Below are positions 19,934 through 28,067 of a stretch of 56,095 bases of DNA, piece after piece. The notes under the pieces are model-generated. The model saw nothing but the letters and a program-made list of their open reading frames with translations, had not been told where the DNA came from and ran no database searches. Source of the DNA: Candidatus Levyibacteriota bacterium (GTDB taxonomy: Bacteria; Patescibacteriota; Microgenomatia; Levybacterales; UBA12049); contig JAJDCG010000002.1 of assembly GCA_029260965.1 (NCBI GenBank), forward strand, positions 190,707 to 246,801, given 5' to 3'. The position numbers and the translations under genes are program-made. Within the stretch, counting starts at the first letter, position 1. Every line of letters starts with the position of its first letter.

Positions 19934-19952
19934 CACTGAGCGTAGTGAAGTG
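19934..19952. repeat. REP-like hairpin abutting the tRNA-Leu 3' end
   Basis: CACTGAGCGTAGTGAAGTG with a CACT/AGTG stem, similar to 38515-38533. Confidence 0.55.
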
Positions 19953-20033
19953 CCGCGGGAGAGAGTCGAACTCTCACGCCCTTACGGACGGGGGCTCTTA
20001 AGGCCCCTGTGTCTACCATTCCACCACCGCGGC
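19951..20033 (-). tRNA. tRNA-Leu(TAA)
   Basis: GCCGCGG acceptor stem, GGGGC-CT-TAA-GA-GCCCC anticodon arm, long variable arm. Confidence 0.95.
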
Positions 20034-20087
20034 ACAATTATATTATGTAATTGTACTTAAAGTAGTGGTAATATTCAAGGCTGAGGA

Positions 20088-20378
20088 TTACTTCTTCTTT
20101 TTAGTCAGAGATTTTATTTTTTTGTCTTTTGCTATTTTTTTGTTTTTTGCACTCTCAATTGCCCTATCTTCCCTATCTCTTTTAATTTTATCTCTTTTTG
20201 CTTTTTGTTTTCGAAGTTCTTTATCTACCTCTTTTTGACATTCGGGATCGGGACAAATTGTTTTACCACGTGTAACCTCTATAGTTTTTCCTGAGATGGA
20301 TTTGATTTTTTCAGTCCAGGTCTTGACTAGAAGCCTTTCTTTACCGCAGCGTATACAGGGGTTAGTGTAGGTGTTCAT
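20088..20378 (-). CDS. Small basic Cys4 zinc-ribbon-like protein
   Basis: CIRC...CPDPEC and a Lys-rich tail. Confidence 0.75.
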   Translation of the reverse strand: MNTYTNPCIRCGKERLLVKTWTEKIKSISGKTIEVTRGKTICPDPECQKEVDKELRKQKAKRDKIKRDREDRAIESAKNKKIAKDKKIKSLTKKKK

Positions 20379-20492
20379 AAATAGGATAAATTCTCAATTA
20401 ATTAGAGCCTAGGTATTATAGCAGATTTTTGAGGCCAGGTCAATTTACTGGGCTTTGCAAAACAAAGTAAATTGTTATAAAATTAGTTGCTT

Positions 20493-20563
20493 GCGGGTGT
20501 AGTTCAATGGTAGAACAGCAGATTTCCAATCTGCATACGAGGGTTCGATTCCCTTCACCCGCT
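20493..20563 (+). tRNA. tRNA-Gly(TCC)
   Basis: GCGGGTGTAGTTCAATGGTAGAAC...TT-TCC-AA...GGTTCGATTCC...CACCCGCT. Confidence 0.95.
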
Positions 20564-20579
20564 CATTTAATTGAAAAAT

Positions 20580-21182
20580 ATGGCAAAAAAAATCACAACA
20601 ACAAATCTTGAGAAACATAAAGAAAAAAATCCTATATCAAGATTTTTTCTGAATAATTTTTACACAGTACTTTTTGCACAAATTAGAAAAGCAAATCCAA
20701 AATCCATTTTAGATGTAGGCTGCGGAGAGGGTTTTACGCTTAAGAGGCTCGAAAAAGAAAAATTGGGCAAAAGAAATGAAGGTATAGACTCCATGGATGA
20801 TGCAATAAAACTTGCAAAAAAAATCCATCCAGAATTGATAATAAAAAAAGGAGATATTTACAAATTGCCATATAAAGCAAACAGTTTTGATATGGTTGTG
20901 TGCAATGAGGTCTTAGAGCATCTGGAGAGACCTATGGATGCGCTGGCTGAATTGAGACGGGTTACTAGGAAGTATGTGGTTTTATCAGTTCCTAATGAGC
21001 CCTTATTTACTATCTCGCGTATGCTACGGGGAAAGAATCTGTCTAAATTTGGAGATCATCCAGAACACATTCAGCATTGGAGCGAGGGTAAGTTTGCTCA
21101 ATTTATTGGAAAAAATAATTTAGAAATAATCTGCATGGAGACTCCCCTGCCTTGGACTTTGATAGTTGCTAAAAAGAAATAA
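20580..21182 (+). CDS. Class I SAM-dependent methyltransferase
   Basis: ILDVGCGEG, FDMVVCNEVLEHL, SVPNEP. Confidence 0.9.
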   Translation: MAKKITTTNLEKHKEKNPISRFFLNNFYTVLFAQIRKANPKSILDVGCGEGFTLKRLEKEKLGKRNEGIDSMDDAIKLAKKIHPELIIKKGDIYKLPYKANSFDMVVCNEVLEHLERPMDALAELRRVTRKYVVLSVPNEPLFTISRMLRGKNLSKFGDHPEHIQHWSEGKFAQFIGKNNLEIICMETPLPWTLIVAKKK

Positions 21183-22178
21183 TTATTTAGTTGCTTTTCC
21201 TTCTAAGCTTTTGAAGATTACAATTACGAATGAGATAAATGGAATTGCCAAAAGCGCTCCTGCTATTCCCATTAAATTTGCACCTATCATGACTGAAAGT
21301 ATGACAATCACCGGGTTAAGCCCTACTGCTTTTTCCATAATCTTGGGTACAAGAAGCTGATTCTCAACTGTCTGAATAAGAAGGTATAGGACTATGACTG
21401 TGAGTGCCATGGTTGGAGAGATGGTAAGTGCTATGATAACTGCAGGAACAGCAGATAGAATAGGACCCAGAGTTGGAACCACTTCTAATATCCCTGCTAA
21501 TAGCGCTAGTGGTAGGGCAAATGGAAGTCCTAAAATAGTAAGTCCAATCCAAGATAACGTTCCTACAAAGAGTGATAGCACAGCCTGTCCTCTGAGCCAT
21601 GCGCCTAGCTTGTTGTTCACTTTTCCTACTGTATGTAGTATATAGTCTCGTGAGCTATGGTGAAAAAGTTTTGCAAGAAATTTCTTGAAATTGTCATCAT
21701 ACATTAGGAGATAAAAACTAACAACTAAAATTGTAATAACTGAGAAAAGACCTCCAAATACTTTTGATGTGACATTTACTGCGTTGTGACTTAGGTTGTT
21801 GAATTCAGATGCAAAATATGAATCCAGTTGTTTTGGATCTGTTGAGAATCCAAATGTTGCACCTGATTGTTCAATAAATTTTGGAAATCGGATAATAAGT
21901 GAGCTTATTTGATCGATAACAAAAGGAACTAGCGGTACAACCAGTAAGACAATTGTAGTTAGAAAACTTAGGTATGGGATTAGTACAGCCAAAATTTTGG
22001 GAACACCTTTTTTTCTCAGATAATCAACTGCTGGGAGAAGTGCTGCCATTATGATGTAAGACAGAAAAAGAGAAACCATGATGTCTCTGAGTTGTACTAT
22101 TAGCCAGAAAAAAACGATCAAAAAGAGCGCAAAAATTACCTGATTTTTAAGAAGATATTTAAAAAAATTGTGTAACAT
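21183..22178 (-). CDS. AI-2E family transporter
   Basis: WLRGQ, VPTLGP, QTVENQLLVPKIM, GIAGALLAIP. Confidence 0.92.
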   Translation of the reverse strand: MLHNFFKYLLKNQVIFALFLIVFFWLIVQLRDIMVSLFLSYIIMAALLPAVDYLRKKGVPKILAVLIPYLSFLTTIVLLVVPLVPFVIDQISSLIIRFPKFIEQSGATFGFSTDPKQLDSYFASEFNNLSHNAVNVTSKVFGGLFSVITILVVSFYLLMYDDNFKKFLAKLFHHSSRDYILHTVGKVNNKLGAWLRGQAVLSLFVGTLSWIGLTILGLPFALPLALLAGILEVVPTLGPILSAVPAVIIALTISPTMALTVIVLYLLIQTVENQLLVPKIMEKAVGLNPVIVILSVMIGANLMGIAGALLAIPFISFVIVIFKSLEGKATK

Positions 22179-22223
22179 TGTTATTGATTTAACTATAGTG
22201 TGAATTGATATAGTTTGTCAATG

Positions 22224-22296
22224 TACGCCCGGAGGGAGTCGAACCCCCAACCGACTCGTTAGAACCGAGCTGCTCTATCCATTGAGCTACGGGCGC
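22224..22296 (-). tRNA. tRNA-Arg(TCT)
   Basis: GCGCCCG acceptor stem and GCTCG-GT-TCT-AA-CGAGT anticodon arm. Confidence 0.9.
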
Positions 22297-22368
22297 TTTA
22301 TGCTCTTTAAGCTCATTCATTATAACAAAACATGTCCAAAAACTGTAGTTATTGTTATAATTAAGAAA

Positions 22369-22749
22369 GTGAAGTCATTATTTATTGTCAAGGGGAAAGT
22401 TGTAGAGGGTAAGAAAAGGGGTAAACAAATGGGATTTCCCACTGCCAATCTTCAAATCTCTCCATCAACACCTCAGGGGACATATGTGTCACAAACCAAA
22501 GCAGATGGTGGTTTATATAAATCAATTACTTTTATAGGTAGGGTTGAGACTTTTGATGAAACAGAATTTGTGGCTGAAACAACATTATTAGATTTTGAGG
22601 GTAATTTATATGAGAAAGACATAGAAATACAAATATTAAAAAAATTAAGAAATAACAAAAAATTTGAATCATTAGATTCTCTCATTAGACAGATGAAAAA
22701 GGATAAAATAAATACCGTCAGATACTTTGATAAGCTGAGCAACAAATGA
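22369..22749 (+). CDS. Stand-alone riboflavin kinase
   Basis: GKVVEGKKRGKQMGFPTANL, ETTLLDFEGNLY, KLRNNKKF; GTG 22369 lies after an extended -10 and avoids the tRNA overlap. Confidence 0.85.
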   Translation: MKSLFIVKGKVVEGKKRGKQMGFPTANLQISPSTPQGTYVSQTKADGGLYKSITFIGRVETFDETEFVAETTLLDFEGNLYEKDIEIQILKKLRNNKKFESLDSLIRQMKKDKINTVRYFDKLSNK

Positions 22750-22772
22750 TACCCTATTAAGGGGGGGGGCAT

Positions 22773-24044
22773 ATGAAAAAATTAAAAAGCGCATTCATTT
22801 TTTTAAAAAATCCTATTGGCAATTTCAGGAAATCAAGTATTCGTAATAGAATTTTGATTATTATCTGTTTGATTATCATTGCTCTGTTTGTTAATTCTGT
22901 ACTAAGGGCAAACAAGGTGCCAGATTATGAAAAAGATACTGTAAAAAAAGGAAGTATAACCCAAATAGTAAGCGAAACAGGTAATGTAAAATCTGCAGGA
23001 AGAGTAGATGTATCAAGTACAACAACAGGAATAATTGAAGAAATCTACACAAATAATGGCGATAGTGTCACAACAGGTCAAAACCTTTTTAAAGTTCGTG
23101 CTATTGCAACTGAGCAGGAAAAAGCTAGTGCTTATGCCGGATATCTCTCAGCAAAATCAACTTTAGATGCTGCTAATGCTATGTTGTTTACTTTGCAATC
23201 GCAAATGTTTACTGCATGGGACAAGTACAAAGAGCTTGCAGAAAGCGATGAGTATGCAAATGATGATGGTACAGCAAAAACGCAACAGAGAACGCTTCCA
23301 GAATTTCACATTCCTGAAAAAGACTGGTTCGCAGCTGAGGCAAAATACAAAAACCAGCAAGCAGTTATCAAGCAAGCAGAAGCAGCTGTAAATGCTGCGT
23401 TTCTTGCTTATCAGGCAACTCAAAACTCAATTACCACTTCCCCAACCTCAGGTACTGTTGCAAATCTTTCAGTAAATGTGGGTGATAGTGTGCAAGCTGG
23501 CGGTAACGCTCAGGCAGCGCTTCTCACAGGTGTTTCTCCCAAGCCTGTTTTGACTGTTGCCAATGTGAGTCAGGATTTTTCAGTAGAATTGACGCTTAAT
23601 GAAACAGATATTCCAAAAGTAAAAGAAGGACAAAAAGCAAAAATAGAAGTTGATGCACTTGGAGATAGGCAGTTTGATGGAATAGTAACCCATGTTGATT
23701 CAATTGGAACAGATAATTCAGGCGTTATTACTTATAATGTAGTGATATCACTTCTTGGGACAGATACAGATATAAGACCTGGCATGACTGTTGGAATAGA
23801 GATAGAGGTTGATAGGAGAAAAGATGTGTTAACAGTTTCTAGCTCAGCTATAAAACCGTATAAAGGCGGACGGGCAGTCAGGGTTTATGATAAAAAAACC
23901 AAGAAAATTGACTTCATCCCTGTAACACCTGGAATAAAAGGAGATAGCAGAACTGAGATTAAAAAAGGTCTTACAGAAGGTCAGGAGATAGTTGTATCGC
24001 TTCCGAATGAAGAAATATCACGACCCGGACTTTTTGGTAATTAA
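22773..24044 (+). CDS. Efflux membrane-fusion/adaptor protein (MacA/YknX-like)
   Basis: N-terminal TM, lipoyl-like halves, NETDIPKVKEGQ, IRPGMT. Confidence 0.9.
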   Translation: MKKLKSAFIFLKNPIGNFRKSSIRNRILIIICLIIIALFVNSVLRANKVPDYEKDTVKKGSITQIVSETGNVKSAGRVDVSSTTTGIIEEIYTNNGDSVTTGQNLFKVRAIATEQEKASAYAGYLSAKSTLDAANAMLFTLQSQMFTAWDKYKELAESDEYANDDGTAKTQQRTLPEFHIPEKDWFAAEAKYKNQQAVIKQAEAAVNAAFLAYQATQNSITTSPTSGTVANLSVNVGDSVQAGGNAQAALLTGVSPKPVLTVANVSQDFSVELTLNETDIPKVKEGQKAKIEVDALGDRQFDGIVTHVDSIGTDNSGVITYNVVISLLGTDTDIRPGMTVGIEIEVDRRKDVLTVSSSAIKPYKGGRAVRVYDKKTKKIDFIPVTPGIKGDSRTEIKKGLTEGQEIVVSLPNEEISRPGLFGN

Positions 24045-24739
24045 TGGCAACTAAAATCCCACTTATCAAACTAGAAAAAGTGACAAAACGCTATCCCCTG
24101 GCAGATGGTGAATCTTATCAAGCGCTAAATGGTGTTTCTTTAATAGTTGAAAAAGGTGAATTTGTTGCAATCATGGGACCATCAGGATCTGGTAAATCAA
24201 CATTTATGCACATCATGGGGCTTTTGGATATTCCGAGCACAGGTAAGTATTTATTAAAGGGAAAAGATGTAAAATCATATACATCAGATGAGCTGGCAGA
24301 CATACGAAATAAAGATATTGGTTTTGTTTTTCAATCTTTTAATCTTTTATCTCGTACAACTGTTATTAAAAATGTAGAACGCCCCATGATGTATGCTGGG
24401 ATTTCACAAGAGGAGCGGACAAAGCGCGCTATGGATGCTCTCAGGCTAGTTCAGATTGATAATAAGGCTGAGAATCTTTCAAATCATATCTCAGGTGGTC
24501 AAATTCAACGAGTTGCTATAGCACGAGCCATGGTCATGGAGCCATCAATTCTTCTGGCAGATGAGCCAACTGGTAATTTGGATACCAAGACCTCGAAAGA
24601 AATAATGAACCACATAAAAGATCTAAATAAAAAAGGGACAACTGTAATTTTAATTACACATGAGGAAGATATAGCAGATTTCGCAAAAAGAATCATAAAA
24701 ATTGTGGATGGAAAAATAGTGACAGACAGGAAAAAATAA
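24044..24739 (+). CDS. ABC transporter ATP-binding subunit (MacB/LolD-type)
   Basis: GPSGSGKST, ISGGQ, LADEPTGNLD. Confidence 0.95.
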   Translation: MATKIPLIKLEKVTKRYPLADGESYQALNGVSLIVEKGEFVAIMGPSGSGKSTFMHIMGLLDIPSTGKYLLKGKDVKSYTSDELADIRNKDIGFVFQSFNLLSRTTVIKNVERPMMYAGISQEERTKRAMDALRLVQIDNKAENLSNHISGGQIQRVAIARAMVMEPSILLADEPTGNLDTKTSKEIMNHIKDLNKKGTTVILITHEEDIADFAKRIIKIVDGKIVTDRKK

Positions 24740-24741
24740 TT

Positions 24742-25953
24742 ATGGATTATAGAGAAATAGTTAAAACTTCACTTCAGGTTCTAAGACGAAACGTCATGAG
24801 GACATCTTTAACTATGCTTGGAATCATAATTGGTATTACATCAGTTATTTTAATCGTCTCCATTGGACAGGGCGCTGTAAAGTTCATAACTGATGAGTTA
24901 TCTAGTTTTGGTACTGATTATTTTCAGATAAGTCCTGGCGCTGATCAATTTAGCACGCTTACAGGTTCAAATACCCTAACGCTTGATGATGTAGAAGCTA
25001 TAAAAACTGATCCATCGCTTACAAATGTTAATAAGGTTATACCTGTTTCTCTTCAAGCAGCAAGAGTTACTGCCAATGATGAAGATGAAACAGTTAATAT
25101 ATCAGGAACTACAACCGATGCTCCAGCTATTTTAAGGCCTGAAATACTTTATGGTGAATTTTTAAGTAGTGAAAATAATACTGCCTCAGAACATGTGGCT
25201 GTGATGGGTTCTGATGCATCTGAAACGTTTTTTGGTGAAGATACAAATCCCACAGGCGAGCGAATAAGAATTAACGGAACACCCTACCTCGTAATAGGTG
25301 TTGCGCATTTTGAATCAGCCTTAGCAGGTTCTGTTCTTAGTAATTCTATCTTTGTACCTATAAATGTGATGTTTCGCGAGATACAAGGACAAGAAAGAAT
25401 ACAGGAAATAAATGTCAGTGTTCACAACACTGAGCTTATAAATCAGACAATTGATGATATAGAGGTTCTTTTGAGAGATAGGCATGATTTGAATGAGGGA
25501 AATGAAAATGATTTTCGTATATCTAGTGCGCAGGACATACTTAGTACAGTTGAGACAATCACAAGTCTTTTAACTCTGATGATTGCTGCAATATCTGGTA
25601 TCTCACTTATTGTCGGAGGAGTAGGTGTGATGAACATCATGCTGGTATCAGTCACAGAGCGCACCAAAGAAATAGGGCTTTTGAAAGCAATTGGCGCTAA
25701 AGAAAAAGATATTTTGACTCAATTTTTGATTGAGGCGGTGGTGATGACAGTATTTGGTGGGATAATAGGTATAATTCTTGGAATAAGTGGAGCGTTTGTA
25801 GTATCTAGCCTTGTAGGAATTCCATTTGTGGTCAGTCCTGTTGCAATTCTACTGGCAGTTGGTGTTTCATCACTTGTAGGCATAGCCTTTGGTCTTTATC
25901 CTGCGCGCAAAGCAGCCCGTCTCTCGCCCATCGACGCATTGAGGTATGAGTGA
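24742..25953 (+). CDS. ABC permease, MacB/FtsX family
   Basis: GVMNIMLVSVTERTKEIG, YPARKAARLSPIDALRYE. Confidence 0.95.
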   Translation: MDYREIVKTSLQVLRRNVMRTSLTMLGIIIGITSVILIVSIGQGAVKFITDELSSFGTDYFQISPGADQFSTLTGSNTLTLDDVEAIKTDPSLTNVNKVIPVSLQAARVTANDEDETVNISGTTTDAPAILRPEILYGEFLSSENNTASEHVAVMGSDASETFFGEDTNPTGERIRINGTPYLVIGVAHFESALAGSVLSNSIFVPINVMFREIQGQERIQEINVSVHNTELINQTIDDIEVLLRDRHDLNEGNENDFRISSAQDILSTVETITSLLTLMIAAISGISLIVGGVGVMNIMLVSVTERTKEIGLLKAIGAKEKDILTQFLIEAVVMTVFGGIIGIILGISGAFVVSSLVGIPFVVSPVAILLAVGVSSLVGIAFGLYPARKAARLSPIDALRYE

Positions 25954-25956
25954 GAT

Positions 25957-26226
25957 TTACTTTCTATAAACCTTGTCGTGGTTGCCTATTTTAAAAAATA
26001 TAGCCTCATTTTCTTTAAAAGTATAGATTAGTCGGATATTACCCTCTACAGATATGCTCCTTGTATTTTTTAGGCTTCCTCTTAATTTGTGAGTTCTGAG
26101 TGATGGATGTTTGGTGTTTTTTTGAAAAAGTTTTAATTGTTTTTGGACCTTTTTAAATAATTGTGGTTGTTTTCTTTTAATTTTTTTGAGTTCAGAGGTA
26201 AGTTCTTTTGAAAAAGAAATGTCCAT
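25957..26226 (-). CDS. Type II toxin, RelE/YafQ superfamily
   Basis: HPSLRTHKL, IRLIY, IGNHDKVY. Confidence 0.85.
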   Translation of the reverse strand: MDISFSKELTSELKKIKRKQPQLFKKVQKQLKLFQKNTKHPSLRTHKLRGSLKNTRSISVEGNIRLIYTFKENEAIFFKIGNHDKVYRK

Positions 26227-26229
26227 AGA

Positions 26230-26490
26230 TTAGAGTTTTTCAAAAAAGGCGTCTATATCTTTTACTTTTGTAGTTTTTCCCACATTATGTTCTATAACAG
26301 CTTTGTCATAAGCTTCTTCGGTCTCTGCGGATGCTTGATAAATGGGATAGTCCATGTCTTCTACATCTTTGAGGATTAGGTGCTTGATATATCCCGCAAC
26401 AGGCACGCCAAATTTATCGGCTTTACTGTCCAGAAAACTCTTCAAAGGAAGTGGGATGTTTATTTTAATTTGTGCCTGTTGAGTATTCAT
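26230..26490 (-). CDS. Cognate antitoxin (RHH/RelB-like)
   Basis: Small acidic-tailed ORF immediately upstream of the toxin; N-terminal strand-helix-helix pattern; ATG 26490. Confidence 0.75.
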   Translation of the reverse strand: MNTQQAQIKINIPLPLKSFLDSKADKFGVPVAGYIKHLILKDVEDMDYPIYQASAETEEAYDKAVIEHNVGKTTKVKDIDAFFEKL

Positions 26491-26513
26491 ACACTTATAA
26501 TAGCACCAATTAC

Positions 26514-26530
26514 AGTACTTTTCAAGTACT
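26514..26530. promoter_or_regulatory. TA operator candidate overlapping the -35 box
   Basis: AGTACTT-TTC-AAGTACT inverted repeat over a minus-strand TTGAAA-17-TATTAT promoter. Confidence 0.6.
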
Positions 26531-26533
26531 TTT

Positions 26534-27076
26534 TTATGCATTTAGCACCCAGTTTTTTGATACTTCTGGTACTGAGCAGAGATTGCGGTTAAAGCAGCAG
26601 GGGCGTCTCATTCCTTTGTTCAATTTATCTAGCATTACTTCTATATGTTTTTGTCTGGTTTCAGGTGTCTTGACCGCCCTGATCCAGCGGATCCAGTCCC
26701 ATCTGGCACTTGGAGTGATATCCTCCCACAAGGCTTTTGCTTTTGGAGATACTGATAGAGCCTTTTTTACATCAGTTGGGATAACTGGTTCTATCCATTC
26801 TTTGGTTGGTTCAATTACGATACTTACCATGTCCCCTGCCACGGCATGAGCTTTATCAAGAAGTCTTTTATCAGGCGCAAACCAATGACTTGGCCTCAGC
26901 CCTGGTCCATACCTCCCATCTGGCTCAAGTAGGGTTTTGAAAGGAACGCCGTTTAATTTTCCTGACACCATTGTCATAGCTCTGGTTGGGAGCTGAGCTG
27001 ACGCCTCCTCAGGCAGTCTGAGAATAGTCCAGTCGTTGATCTTAGAAAGCCTGGTTTCAAAGCGAATTTCGGACAT
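26534..27076 (-). CDS. DUF1905 + YdeI/OmdA-like protein
   Basis: PTDVKKAL...WIRWIRAVKTPETRQK; RPCCF tail. Confidence 0.8.
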   Translation of the reverse strand: MSEIRFETRLSKINDWTILRLPEEASAQLPTRAMTMVSGKLNGVPFKTLLEPDGRYGPGLRPSHWFAPDKRLLDKAHAVAGDMVSIVIEPTKEWIEPVIPTDVKKALSVSPKAKALWEDITPSARWDWIRWIRAVKTPETRQKHIEVMLDKLNKGMRRPCCFNRNLCSVPEVSKNWVLNA

Positions 27077-27187
27077 AAAGATAGTATACCAAACTAAGGC
27101 TGAGATGTTAATTTATGTGTAAAGTTAAATTAATTAAACAAAGGGATTAGGTTGACTTTTCAATTTAAATGAATCTATAATTGCAAA

Positions 27188-27706
27188 ATGACAAGGCGCG
27201 AAGTAGACATCAGGTCATCAAAAGAATATTACAGAGATAGATTAGTAGAGAAAGAGTATAAGAGTAAAAAACTCTCTGCTTTAATTGCTCTGTCAATATG
27301 GCCTATTTTTTCAGGTATAAAAATGAGCAAAAATGATAACGATCTAGCTATTTTATGTGTTGGGAAAAAATTTCAAGTTTTTAAAAATGAAAATAGAGTT
27401 AATAGGATGCGTCAGGGAAATTTGGGATTAGTAAGTGAAAGAGGAGAGTTAATAATGGAAGCTGGTGAAATAGCTGCGTCTAGATTTGATACAGAAATAG
27501 TTGAATCTAAAAAAAATTTCTTTAAAGATTATGAAGAAAGGGCGTCCACAATTGAGAATGCAGTTAATGATTTTTTTGTTCAAATGGTGGTAAGAACTGA
27601 CTCGAAAAGTTATAAGATCAAGAAGCTACCAAAGCGTAGTGTGCTTAGGGCATGGAGGAATGAATGGGTTCCTAAGCTTAATAATGTTCAGGACTCCTCA
27701 GGCTAG
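27188..27706 (+). CDS. Hypothetical protein
   Basis: 172-aa ORF preceded by TTGACT and TATAAT, with ATG 6 nt after the -10. Confidence 0.65.
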   Translation: MTRREVDIRSSKEYYRDRLVEKEYKSKKLSALIALSIWPIFSGIKMSKNDNDLAILCVGKKFQVFKNENRVNRMRQGNLGLVSERGELIMEAGEIAASRFDTEIVESKKNFFKDYEERASTIENAVNDFFVQMVVRTDSKSYKIKKLPKRSVLRAWRNEWVPKLNNVQDSSG

Positions 27707-27905
27707 TGCATATTTTCATCACGAAGAAAACAAATTGTATTGGCCCTGATAGCCACCAAGACTCTTCACGCAATTGGGGTACCCTACCGAATGACGTTAG
27801 GACTCACTTTAGTACATTATCGCAGAAAGACATAGCCTTTTTCAAACACTCCTACGCCGTTCTTTACGCTTAACACCTCTTTCATAGTCACTTTCCTAGA
27901 TAATA

Positions 27906-27918
27906 TGTAATCATTACA
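27906..27918. repeat. 13-bp palindrome TGTAATCATTACA, copy 1
   Basis: Identical to 31619-31631. Confidence 0.8.
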
Positions 27919-28067
27919 CGCCCTCCTGTTGCGAGGAGGTAGGTAGTGACAGTTGCCAGCCTATCTTAGGGGTATGGGGTGGCAGGGATAAAAAACTGCC
28001 TGGGAGTCCCAATGGTGACCTGGGCGGGAGTGAAGCAGGAGTGTTGCGCAGCTTTAGATATGCCCTT

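Noticed and set aside
22282-22368. Extended start of the riboflavin kinase
   Set aside because: Overlaps tRNA-Arg and the promoter; GTG 22369 fits better
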